In this document: in pieces, positions 43,209 to 51,671 of the stretch
How positions within the stretch are numbered: the stretch's first letter is position 1
How the letters are laid out: each line of letters starts with the position of its first letter
DNA from: Acidobacteriota bacterium
GTDB taxonomy: Bacteria > Acidobacteriota > Terriglobia > Bryobacterales > Bryobacteraceae
Reading direction: 5' to 3'
NCBI GenBank assembly: GCA_025354525.1
Contig: JANXMS010000480.1
Span: 3,590-67,589, forward strand
DNA: 64,000 nt
Notes under the pieces: generated by a model
The model's database searches: none
Told to the model about the DNA's origin: nothing
The model's input: only the letters and a program-made list of their open reading frames with translations
Translations under genes and position numbers: made by a program

Positions 43209-44526
43209 CTTTAATGCCGTTCTTCGAGCGCAGGGTGATCAATGCCTTGCGCTCGACGACGTGGCCGGGGACGAGCCGAAAGCGCCACTGTTGGGCGATC
43301 ACGGCGAGCAGCAGCACGCCTTCCATCCAGGCAAATCGTTCCCCGACACAGATGCGCGGCCCACCGCCGAAGGGGAAGTAAGTAAAGTCGCGTTTATAGA
43401 AGTCGCCGTCGGCCCAGCGGGCGGGTTCGAACTGATTCGGATTCGGCCAGTACTTCGCGTTGTGGTGGATGAGGTAGGGGCTCATGATCAAGATCGACTT
43501 AGTGGGCAGGGTGTAGCCCGCGAGCTCGAGCGGCTCGCGCGCCATGCGACCGAGGGCCCAGGCGGGGGGATACAGGCGCATGGACTCGGCGAAGACCTGC
43601 TGGGTATAGCGGAGTTGGGGGAGGTCGTCGAACGTAGGCAGGCGGCCGTTGAGGACCGAATCGAGTTCGGCGTGGAGGGCGGCTTCGACTTCGGTGTGCT
43701 GGGCGAGGAGGTACCAGGTCCAGGCGAGGGCGGTGGCGGTGGTTTCATGGCCGGCAAGAAACAGGGTGAGGGCTTCGTCGCGGACCTGCTTATCGGACAT
43801 GGCTGAATGGTCGCCTTCGGCGTCGCGAGCGGCCATGAGCATCGACAGTAAATCGCCGGGGTTTTCGCCCGACGCCCGACGCTCGTTGATGATGCGGTAG
43901 ATGGTTGCTTCGACGAGTTTGGCGGCGCGGAGGTAACGGCGCGTGGCGGGGAGCGGCACGTACTCGATGAACTGCGACCCGGGCAGCATGAGCAACGGCA
44001 TGATGGCGACGAGAGCGTTCATCGCTTCGCCGACTTGAGGCGCTTCGTGTTCGACATCGGCGCTGAAGAGTGTTTGGCCGACGATGGCGAGCGTGAGCCG
44101 CATCATCTCTTGGTCGATGTCGAGAATGGCTTCGTTTTTCCAACGGCGGCGGAACTGGTCGGCAAGGGCAACCATTTGCGCGCCATAGCCAACCAGGTGG
44201 TCGCGGTAGAAGGCAGGCTGCACCATGCGGCGTTGCTTGATATGGGACGCGCCTTCGTTCGTCAGAAGCCCTTCGCCGAGCAGCGTTTTGGCGCGCTGGA
44301 GAATACGGCTTTTGGTGAACAGCGCATTGCGCGTGACGAGCACGTCGCGGATGAGTTCAGGCTCGTTGACCAGGTAGATGTGCTGGTGCCCAGCGCGGAA
44401 GTAGGCGAGTGGCCCGAAGTCTGCCGCGACCTTTTCGATGTAGCTGAGTGGATCCTTCCGGAACGCGAAGAGCCCTCCAGAAAAAAGCCCACTGGGCGGG
44501 CCAGGCGGTCTGACGACGTCCGGCAT
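43189..44526 (-). CDS. Cytochrome P450
   Basis: Heme-binding loop FPFGGGPRICVGERFA, I-helix LAGHETTA, ESMRLYPP (ExxR). ATG 44526 (MPDVVRPPGPP) lies 6 nt after the upstream stop. Its 3' end overlaps M28 convergently by 20 nt. Confidence 0.9.
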   Translation of the reverse strand: MPDVVRPPGPPSGLFSGGLFAFRKDPLSYIEKVAADFGPLAYFRAGHQHIYLVNEPELIRDVLVTRNALFTKSRILQRAKTLLGEGLLTNEGASHIKQRRMVQPAFYRDHLVGYGAQMVALADQFRRRWKNEAILDIDQEMMRLTLAIVGQTLFSADVEHEAPQVGEAMNALVAIMPLLMLPGSQFIEYVPLPATRRYLRAAKLVEATIYRIINERRASGENPGDLLSMLMAARDAEGDHSAMSDKQVRDEALTLFLAGHETTATALAWTWYLLAQHTEVEAALHAELDSVLNGRLPTFDDLPQLRYTQQVFAESMRLYPPAWALGRMAREPLELAGYTLPTKSILIMSPYLIHHNAKYWPNPNQFEPARWADGDFYKRDFTYFPFGGGPRICVGERFAWMEGVLLLAVIAQQWRFRLVPGHVVERKALITLRSKNGIKVTALAR

Positions 44527-44531
44527 GAGCG

Positions 44532-45797
44532 TTAGATCGGCATGTTGAACGGCACGATGTTTTCGCGGTCGAAGGTCACGCCAAGAAAACCGAGGCACAT
44601 TTCGTCTTCCGTGCCTTCACCCCAACGCACGACTTTCAGCGGGTTGCTGGGGTTCTTCGGGTTTTTCTCCGAATTGTCGAAGGTACAGGTGGCGCGGAGG
44701 CGATCAAACGCGCTCAGACGGATGGGCTGTTGGTACTTATAGAAGCCTTGCCAATTGAAGTCCCAATCGTCGATTTGAATTAGCGACTCCGTCATCCCAT
44801 TAATCTTGATTTTTTCGAGTTTGAACTTTTTGCCCAGCAGGTGCATGTGCGGGGCGACGAGATAGGCAGTGGCATCGAAGAGCGGAGGAATCGGAAAGGT
44901 GGCGACCACGTCATGGCTCTCCGCGCCGGCCGGGATGCGGAAGCTCGTATTGACGACAGGTAGGTAGACGAGGCGCTTGTTCACTTCCTTCTTAGAGAAG
45001 TAAAGGCCTACTTTGGTCTGGTCTTCCTGGTTGGTTCGGCCACCGGGGTAATAGTGGATTTGCATGATGACATCGACGCCTTTCGGCAGTAGCGTGCCGA
45101 TGCCTTCGGGAAGACGAGCGGCTCTCGTGCCGGGGACCCAACCGCCCGCCATGCTCGAAAGAGTCAGCGGAATGCCGTCGCCGGGCCCGCCGAAGCAGTC
45201 GTAACCGGGGTTGCCGTCTTTACCATCCATTTGACGAGCCTTGCCGGAGGTGTCGAGATATAGGATCACGTGATGAACCACTTGGCGATTGCCGGGGACG
45301 ACTTGGATCGCGTCGGTATAGCGGTCGGTTCCGAAATCGGTGGGGATCACGAAGCAGCGATAGATGTCGCCGCGACGGTTGATGGAGTAGGTCTGGGGCA
45401 TCGTCAGGACGGCGTCGGGATCGCCCAGTTGAAACTCGCCGGTTTGGATGGTCGGCTCGGAACGGTCGCGGACGTCCCCTTCCGGAGCGCCGCCGCGATA
45501 CCAGTTCAGAATGAGGTCGCGTTGTTCGTCCGACAGGCCGAAGTTGTTTTGAAACTCGCCGTGGCCGGGGATCGGTTTCCACGGGGGCATCTGCTTGGTT
45601 TCAACCACGCGCTGAATGTCCTCGCCCCAACTCATCGCCGCTTCGTAAGAGTCAAGCGCAAACGGGCCGATGTCGCCTTCGCGATGGCAGCCTTGGCACT
45701 TTTCCTGGAAGATACGGGAGACCTCGCGCGTGTAAGTCACCTGACCAAACGCACATGAGGCAAGAACGGCAAAGGACAGCGCAAGTTTCACAGACAC
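44532..45797 (-). CDS. Secreted PHM/DBH-like copper type II monooxygenase-fold protein with an N-terminal CxxCH module
   Basis: Signal peptide MSVKLALSFAVLASCAFGQ. CQGCH..MPPW (cytochrome c-like). Candidate copper ligand contexts VVHHVILY, IMQIHYYP, APHMHLLGK, EDEMCLGF, in the order of the PHM CuH and CuM sites. Confidence 0.7.
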   Translation of the reverse strand: MSVKLALSFAVLASCAFGQVTYTREVSRIFQEKCQGCHREGDIGPFALDSYEAAMSWGEDIQRVVETKQMPPWKPIPGHGEFQNNFGLSDEQRDLILNWYRGGAPEGDVRDRSEPTIQTGEFQLGDPDAVLTMPQTYSINRRGDIYRCFVIPTDFGTDRYTDAIQVVPGNRQVVHHVILYLDTSGKARQMDGKDGNPGYDCFGGPGDGIPLTLSSMAGGWVPGTRAARLPEGIGTLLPKGVDVIMQIHYYPGGRTNQEDQTKVGLYFSKKEVNKRLVYLPVVNTSFRIPAGAESHDVVATFPIPPLFDATAYLVAPHMHLLGKKFKLEKIKINGMTESLIQIDDWDFNWQGFYKYQQPIRLSAFDRLRATCTFDNSEKNPKNPSNPLKVVRWGEGTEDEMCLGFLGVTFDRENIVPFNMPI

Positions 45798-45800
45798 CTT

Positions 45801-46292
45801 CTACGTTTCAGTATGACGCAGGATGGTGACGATCGCTTGGGCCTCGGCCGACAGTTCCTGGCCAACGGGGCCGACCTTCTCGGCGGTCTTGAACTTGACG
45901 TTAACGCGATCAGCGGGCAGACCGACCAGCGCCGCCAAGTTCGAACGGATCTTCTCGCGATAATCCTTGAGTTTGGGCCGCTGCAAGATGACGGTGGTAT
46001 CGACGTTGGAGAGTTCGAATCCACGCTCACTCACGAGGGCCAGAGCGTGTTGAACAAACCGATCCGACGAGGCACCTCGCCACTGCGGATCCGTGTCGGG
46101 GAAGTGCATGCCGATGTCGCCGAGGGCAACAGCGCCCAGCAACGCATCGGTGACGGCATGCAGCAGAATGTCTCCGTCCGAATGGGCTTCGAAGCCGGTT
46201 TCGTGGGGAATTACGACCCCGGCAAGGATCAGCACCCGCCCTGGAGCGAGGCGATGGTTATCCCAGCCGAGCCCGGTGCGGTACTCGGTCAT
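45801..46292 (-). CDS. ispF: 2-C-methyl-D-erythritol 2,4-cyclodiphosphate synthase
   Basis: GLGWDNHRL, GFEAHSDGDILLHAVTDALLGA, FPDTDPQWRGASS. Confidence 0.95.
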   Translation of the reverse strand: MTEYRTGLGWDNHRLAPGRVLILAGVVIPHETGFEAHSDGDILLHAVTDALLGAVALGDIGMHFPDTDPQWRGASSDRFVQHALALVSERGFELSNVDTTVILQRPKLKDYREKIRSNLAALVGLPADRVNVKFKTAEKVGPVGQELSAEAQAIVTILRHTET

Positions 46293-47008
46293 GGCTGTTT
46301 CCGCGCCCCCTCTTCGGCCAGGAAAGCTTTGGCAAGTTCCAGGTCTGTAGGCTTAGTGATTTTGATATTCCGATCACTGCCGGGGACGACGTGGACATCG
46401 ACGTCTTCGAGGCGTTCGACCAGCGAGGATTCGTCGGTTCCGGTGAAGTCGTCGGCGGTGGCTTGTGCGAACGCCCTCCGCAGCAGAGCAAGGCGAAACA
46501 CCTGCGGCGTCTGCGCCAGAACGAGGCGCTCCCGAGGTATCGTGGTTTCGATGCGATGGCGTGCGACGCGCTTCACGGTATCGACCGGTACGACGCCGAG
46601 TATGGCGGCACCGCAACTGGCGGCCTCGGCGATCACGGCTTCGATCTGTTCGAGGCTGACGAAGGGGCGTACCGCGTCGTGCACGGCGACTAATTCTACG
46701 GACTCATCAAGCGCGGCGAGGGCATGTTCGACGGACTCTTGCCGCGAGTCGCCACCGACCACTAGGCGGACCGGCATCGCGAGCGATTCCTTATCCAGAA
46801 GCTCTTGGAACCAACCGATGTCGTCGCCGCGCAGGGCTACGACGATTTCGGCGACCGCCGCGCATCGTGCGAACTTGCGGATGGTGTGCAGCAGAATGGG
46901 CGAGCCTTCAAGCACCAAAAACTGCTTGCGGCTGTGGACGGCGTCTGGCTGGGACTTGGCCATGCGGGTGCCGAGGCCCGCCGCTGGAAGGATGACAGCA
47001 ACTTTCAT
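46289..47008 (-). CDS. ispD: 2-C-methyl-D-erythritol 4-phosphate cytidylyltransferase
   Basis: VAVILPAAGLGTRM, VHDAVRPF, QTPQVF. ATGA-type overlap with ispF. Confidence 0.95.
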   Translation of the reverse strand: MKVAVILPAAGLGTRMAKSQPDAVHSRKQFLVLEGSPILLHTIRKFARCAAVAEIVVALRGDDIGWFQELLDKESLAMPVRLVVGGDSRQESVEHALAALDESVELVAVHDAVRPFVSLEQIEAVIAEAASCGAAILGVVPVDTVKRVARHRIETTIPRERLVLAQTPQVFRLALLRRAFAQATADDFTGTDESSLVERLEDVDVHVVPGSDRNIKITKPTDLELAKAFLAEEGARKQP

Positions 47009-47019
47009 GGTAAGGGATT

Positions 47020-48063
47020 TCAGTGTAGCGCGGCGGTAACCTTTTCGGCGGTATGAACGCGTTCGTCGAAGCGGCCAAAGATCATTTTGCCGGCCGTGGT
47101 TTGCAGGACGCTGGTCACGGAGATCTCAATTGTCTTCGAAATCATCTTGCGGGCGTTGTCGACGACGACCATCGTCCCGTCATCCAGGTAGGCGATGCCT
47201 TGGCTTTGCTCCTTGCCTTCTTTCAGAATGAACACTTTCATCACTTCACCCGGCAGCACGACCGACCGAAGCGAGTTGGCGAGTTCATTGATATTCAGCA
47301 CTTCAACCCCGTGGATCTGAGCGACTTTATTCAGGTTGAAGTCGTTGGTGACCACCTTGCCATGGATGAGCTTGGCGAGTTCCAACAGCTTCATGTCAAC
47401 GTCGCGGACGTGGGGGAAATCCTCCTCCACAATTCGAATGTGCAGTTCGGGGTTCTTTTGCATCCGGCTGAGAATGTCGAGGCCACGGCGACCGCGGTTG
47501 CGTTTGAGCGAGTCTGAGGAATCAGCCACCAGTTGCAACTCGCGAAGGACGAACTGGGGAATGATGAAGGTCCCGTCGATGAAGCCGGTCTCGGCGATGT
47601 CGGCGATGCGGCCGTCGATGATGACGCTGGTATCGAGAATTTTCAGGTCTTCTTTCGGTATGGCGATTTCGCTGCCAAACATGCCGCCCAACGCTTTCAG
47701 GTTTAGCATTTCGCCTTTGTTGGCACCGATGACCATGCCGCAGTAACTCATCCAAAGCAGGATCATGACTTGTAGAAAAGGCACGGTGTCGCGATTCGTG
47801 GGGAAGGCTTGGGCGAGGACGAGAGTCATCAGATAGGCCCCGAGAATCGCAAAGACACTGCCGACGGCGGCACCCAGCAGACGCTGCAGCGTGACGCGGC
47901 GCACGCGCAACTCGAAGGCGACGATAATGCAACCGACGACGGCTCCGGCGGTCGCGGCGGGCCACGGAGGGAGCGCCGCAGGCTGCAAGAAGTAAGCAGC
48001 GGCGGCGATGGTTATGACGAAGACGAGACGAACAACGAAAAGATCATTCACGGAGATTTCCAC
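47020..48063 (-). CDS. PIN/TRAM domain membrane protein (YacL-like)
   Basis: Four N-terminal TM helices, PIN domain ILDTSVIIDGRIADIAETGF, and a C-terminal TRAM-like beta-barrel. Conserved position upstream of ispD. Confidence 0.85.
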   Translation of the reverse strand: MEISVNDLFVVRLVFVITIAAAAYFLQPAALPPWPAATAGAVVGCIIVAFELRVRRVTLQRLLGAAVGSVFAILGAYLMTLVLAQAFPTNRDTVPFLQVMILLWMSYCGMVIGANKGEMLNLKALGGMFGSEIAIPKEDLKILDTSVIIDGRIADIAETGFIDGTFIIPQFVLRELQLVADSSDSLKRNRGRRGLDILSRMQKNPELHIRIVEEDFPHVRDVDMKLLELAKLIHGKVVTNDFNLNKVAQIHGVEVLNINELANSLRSVVLPGEVMKVFILKEGKEQSQGIAYLDDGTMVVVDNARKMISKTIEISVTSVLQTTAGKMIFGRFDERVHTAEKVTAALH

Positions 48064-48120
48064 ACACTGGGCCTGTTTACGCTACCGCAGAACGAGGGCC
48101 CATGCAAGGGGCCTACGGCG

Positions 48121-48519
48121 CTAGTCTTTGACTTTAGGAAATAGATAGCTCGCCACGATTAGAAAAACACCGATCACGCTGGCGGTCGTGCTTCCGATCA
48201 ATGTGATGAGTACACTATCGCTTAGCAAAAACATCGGAAAGCCATTCGCTGCAGACTTCCAGATAATGACCGCGATCCATATGAGCCAAACCACCATGAC
48301 CCAGTACAACCGATTGGCGTAATCCTTGCGTTCGTCTCGGTCTTGGTTCGCCTGATCAATCTTCACCTGAAGATAATCGTTGTTGAGCTTCTGCTCTCTG
48401 CCTTTCTCGTAATGAAGACCCTCATCCCGAACGCTCTGCGCTGATTTCTCCCCGCCATCCGCCGGAGGAGAAATCTCGATGTCTTCAATTCCTGGACTTG
48501 GTTTCTCGTCTGCCAGCAT
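48121..48519 (-). CDS. Hypothetical 2-TM protein; candidate toxin partner (PanT-like) of the upstream Panacea antitoxin
   Basis: 132 aa. The N-terminal 75 residues are charged and coiled. There are two C-terminal TM helices (LYWVMVVWLIWIAVIIW; VLITLIGSTTASVIGVFLIVASYLF). The start overlaps the DUF4065 gene by 35 nt. AT-rich: 42-47% G+C in two 60-nt spot counts. Confidence 0.5.
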   Translation of the reverse strand: MLADEKPSPGIEDIEISPPADGGEKSAQSVRDEGLHYEKGREQKLNNDYLQVKIDQANQDRDERKDYANRLYWVMVVWLIWIAVIIWKSAANGFPMFLLSDSVLITLIGSTTASVIGVFLIVASYLFPKVKD

Positions 48520-49009
48520 TCGCTTTAGCTCTGTCTGTAAAAAACTCTTGGATCAACGTCTTCGGAATGATCTTGTGCTTCTTGTCGGGGTCGTCCTTGA
48601 CGGTGTTCTCCCACGGGCCTCCAGGCTCATGGGACATCTCAGACAATTGGACGGCACTAAGGCCCCCGTATACCTTCCAGATTCGATCCAAGAGTGCAAT
48701 GGACTCAGTGTCACTTGCCGGTACTGCAGGCGTAACCGATTCGAATTCCTCAGTGACTTCCCGTGTCGGTCTTGTGATTGGTAGAGCGCCGAATTCTTTA
48801 AACGCGTGGTATACGATGGGGATCACGGGGCCAAATTTCCACGCTTGGATGTCCTCTGAAATTAGTGGAGTGCTGTTGATCGCGAGATTCCAGCCATGCG
48901 CAAAGTAGATGAGCTTGTGAAGCTGCATCTGCGTCACTGGCCGACAATTCTCGATTCCTTTTTCGATAAAGAAGTTGGCGATGGTAAGTGCCGGGTATTC
49001 GTTCGCCAT
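48485..49009 (-). CDS. Panacea/DUF4065 (SocA-like) antitoxin-domain protein
   Basis: ALTIANFFIEKGIENCRPVTQMQLHKLIYFAHGWNLAINSTPLISEDIQAWKFGPVIPIVYHAFKEFG and SAVQLSEMSHEPGGPW match the DUF4065 pattern (KLqKLlYfa.gw.la..g.pLf.e.f.AW..GPV...vY). Confidence 0.8.
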   Translation of the reverse strand: MANEYPALTIANFFIEKGIENCRPVTQMQLHKLIYFAHGWNLAINSTPLISEDIQAWKFGPVIPIVYHAFKEFGALPITRPTREVTEEFESVTPAVPASDTESIALLDRIWKVYGGLSAVQLSEMSHEPGGPWENTVKDDPDKKHKIIPKTLIQEFFTDRAKANAGRRETKSRN

Positions 49010-49189
49010 TTGTTCGCCTCGCTGTGTTCTATTCTAACGCTACCATTTAGTCGGCAGTTCTGCAAACCTACCTCAAATCGGGTGGATTCAGGATCCAAAG
49101 AGCGTCAAAGGCATGGACACGAACCATCGCGTCGGGATCGGTTTGTTGGCAAGCTCCAACTTCGTCCAATAAGACGACCCGCTTTCTAG

Positions 49190-50107
49190 CTAGGGAATAA
49201 AGTTCTTCAAGTACCGGCCACTCTGCACGAGCGCCGCTTTTCGGTTTTCGAGCGAACCTTCAAAAGCGCGATCTTCGACTTCAATGCAGACCGCTCCGTT
49301 GTAACCAGTCTCCGTCAACACGCTAAAGAATTTGCCCCAGTTCACGTCGCCCATGCCCGGCAGCTTCGGCGTATGGAACAGATTCGGATGAGCAAAGACG
49401 CCCACTTCGTTCAGCTTTTCTTTGTCGATTCGCGCGTCCTTGGCATGCATATGGAAGAGCTTTGGCGCGAACTCGCGCATAGCCTGCAAGTAGTCCATGT
49501 GTTGCAGAATGAAGTGCGACGGATCGAAATTGAGACCGAAATTGTCGCTGGGAATGTCGCTAAAAGCGCGACGCCAAATGGCCGGCGAAGAAAGCAGGTT
49601 TTTGCCGCCTGGCCACTCATCCTTCGTGAACGACATCGGGCAGTTCTCTATACCAACTTTCACGCCCTGGTCTTCGGCGTACTTGATGATCGGTCGCCAA
49701 GTCTTCAAAAAACGGGGCCAATTGTCGTCGACCGAAAGCGTATGATCGCGACCGACGAACGTGTTCATCACTCCGACGCCGAGTAGCTTCGCGGCCTTGA
49801 TGACGGCCTTGATGTGGTTGCAATAGAGCTTCGATTCCTCGGCGTCGGCGGTCAAGGGGTTCGGGTAGTAACCGAGCCCGCTGATGAAAACTCCATACTT
49901 GGCCGTTAACTCTTGAACGCGTTTCGCGTCGGCGGCGGTGAAACCCGCCACGTCGACATGCGTGATGCCCGCATAGCGGCGCTCTGCCTTGCCCTGCGGC
50001 CAGCACATCACTTCCACGGCCGAAAAGCCATTTTGAGCCGCGAAACTCAGCACTTCTTCCAGCGACAGATCCGGCAGAATCGCCGTGACAAATCCGAGAG
50101 TCAACAT
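49190..50107 (-). CDS. Sugar phosphate isomerase/epimerase (xylose isomerase-like TIM barrel)
   Basis: 305 aa, with [43 protein letters not shown] patterns typical of the AP_endonuc_2 family. Confidence 0.85.
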   Translation of the reverse strand: MLTLGFVTAILPDLSLEEVLSFAAQNGFSAVEVMCWPQGKAERRYAGITHVDVAGFTAADAKRVQELTAKYGVFISGLGYYPNPLTADAEESKLYCNHIKAVIKAAKLLGVGVMNTFVGRDHTLSVDDNWPRFLKTWRPIIKYAEDQGVKVGIENCPMSFTKDEWPGGKNLLSSPAIWRRAFSDIPSDNFGLNFDPSHFILQHMDYLQAMREFAPKLFHMHAKDARIDKEKLNEVGVFAHPNLFHTPKLPGMGDVNWGKFFSVLTETGYNGAVCIEVEDRAFEGSLENRKAALVQSGRYLKNFIP

Positions 50108-50120
50108 GTTCTCTAGTAAA

Positions 50121-51083
50121 TCACGAAAGGTATTGAACTTCCTCTTCGATCACCAAGCCAAACCGATCAAACACCCGCCGCTTAAGTTCGTTCAGGAGGG
50201 TTAGGAGATCAGCCGTTACTCCGCCGCCCGAATTGTAAACAAGGTTCGCGTGGAAGTCCGCCACACTTATGGCACCGACCGCGAAGCCTTTCGCGCCCAC
50301 CTCTTCGAGGAACCAGCCCGCCGGGATTTTGCCTTCGCGGATGACGCTGGCCGGCACTTGAGCCGCAACGGCGGGGGGCAACTCTCGCAGCAATAAGTTT
50401 TTGAAGATGGACCCGGCGCACTGCATGGCGGGCGGAAACTTCGCGTCGCGGGTGGCGCGGATCGAAGCAGACTTGTCCGCCTGGGAAGCCGAATTGCCCC
50501 GTTCGAGCCTCAATCCGGTCGAGAGGATCTGCCACGATTTATTCCGCTTGAAAATGCTCTCCCGATAGCGGAACTCACATTCCTCGCGGTTGAACTGGCG
50601 GACTTCGGCCCCAACGGCGAAACGAACCCAGTCGATGCGCTCGGCGATGGACTGGCCGTAGGCTCCCGCGTTGCCATAAATCGCAGCTCCCACCCAACCT
50701 GGAATCCCCGCCATTGCCTCAAGCCCCGCCAAGCCGTGGGCGTTCGCGAAATCGACGAGATCGTTCAACTCGGCACCCGCCTCCACCCGGACCCCAGGGC
50801 CATCGGCGGTAATTCCCGCCGCCGAGTATTGCAGCACCAGCCCGGGGTACCCGGCGTCGCTGACGATCAAATTTGTCCCCCCCCCGATCGTGGTCCAAGT
50901 AAGATCAGAGCCGGTCAGCACCGCGAGAGCGGAAAGGTAGGCCGCTTCGCTGGTCGTAGAAAGCAACGCTTGACACGGTCCGCCCAAACGGAAGCGGGTA
51001 TAGTTTTGAAGAAGCGCGCCCGGTCGGACGGTCAAGTCAGGGATGGTCTGGAGCCGCTCCAGCGCCGCGAGGGCCAAAGTCAT
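50121..51083 (-). CDS. murB: UDP-N-acetylenolpyruvoylglucosamine reductase
   Basis: [52 protein letters not shown]. Confidence 0.9.
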   Translation of the reverse strand: MTLALAALERLQTIPDLTVRPGALLQNYTRFRLGGPCQALLSTTSEAAYLSALAVLTGSDLTWTTIGGGTNLIVSDAGYPGLVLQYSAAGITADGPGVRVEAGAELNDLVDFANAHGLAGLEAMAGIPGWVGAAIYGNAGAYGQSIAERIDWVRFAVGAEVRQFNREECEFRYRESIFKRNKSWQILSTGLRLERGNSASQADKSASIRATRDAKFPPAMQCAGSIFKNLLLRELPPAVAAQVPASVIREGKIPAGWFLEEVGAKGFAVGAISVADFHANLVYNSGGGVTADLLTLLNELKRRVFDRFGLVIEEEVQYLS

Positions 51084-51133
51084 TTTTTTGATTATGGCGA
51101 ACCGAAGCGGTCCGTGTCAGTCAAATCGTTAAA

Positions 51134-51671
51134 ATGCACGAGATTGATCTGGCCGTCGTGAGGCGGGTGCAAGCCGGTGAGGCAGGGGCCTTCGCCGAGT
51201 TGGTGGAGCGCCACAGCCGAAGTCTGTCCCGAGTGGCGTATCGAATCATGGGCAACGAAAACGATGCGGATGAAATCGTGCAGGAGACGTTTATGCGGGC
51301 CTATCGGGAGATCCATCGGTATGAATCGCGGGCGAGTTTCGCGACGTGGATCCATACAATCGCCAGAAATCTGGCCGTCGACACCTTGTGAAAGAACCGA
51401 CCGGGCACGACCGAGCTTGAAGCTGATTTCGAATGCCTCGACGCCGGAGCGCCCCGCCAGTTCGCAACCGCTGGGCGAACGAATCGCCGCAGCGTTGAAC
51501 GGGCTCAGTTGGCACGAACGAGCCGCGTTTACCCCGCCGCACTACGAAGGCGTCCCGCTGCTCGATATCGGCGAAACGCTCGGCCTGAGTGAAAACGCCA
51601 CCAAACAATGCATTTGTCGCGCCGTCAAGAATCTGCGGCGGGCGCTATTGCCCTGGATTACCCTGACATGA
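51134..51671 (+). pseudogene. ECF sigma factor (RpoE-like) with an in-frame TGA and a frameshift between regions 2 and 4
   Basis: Regions 2-3 in frame 2: ..DADEIVQETFMRAYREIHRYESRASFATWIHTIARNLAVDTL-TGA(51389-51391)-KNRPGTTELEADFE... Region 4 in frame 0: LGERIAAALNGLSWHERAAFTPPHYEGVPLLDIGETLGLSENATKQCICRAVKNLRRAL, with its stop at 51669-51671. Confidence 0.65.

Noticed and set aside
48079-49044. The 8-bp direct repeat acgctacc flanking the Panacea/2-TM pair, considered as an att site or target-site duplication.
   Set aside because: An 8-mer shared between two flanks of 60 to 180 nt is expected by chance at a rate of roughly one in six. No integrase, transposase or inverted repeats accompany it. 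It is kept only as a weak note in the finding.
4439-51391. The recurrent in-frame TGA codons (4439-4441, 14459-14461, 14607-14609, 15088-15090, 51389-51391) as evidence for TGA recoding (Trp/Gly reassignment or selenocysteine).
   Set aside because: TGA terminates many conserved genes here at the expected protein ends (nadK, tmk, nuoC, nuoI, nuoM, nuoN, Trm112, the ECF sigma at 25999). The affected genes also carry frameshifts, deletions, or TAA/TAG stops. I saw no SECIS-like hairpin immediately 3' of these codons. Ordinary nonsense mutations are the simpler explanation.
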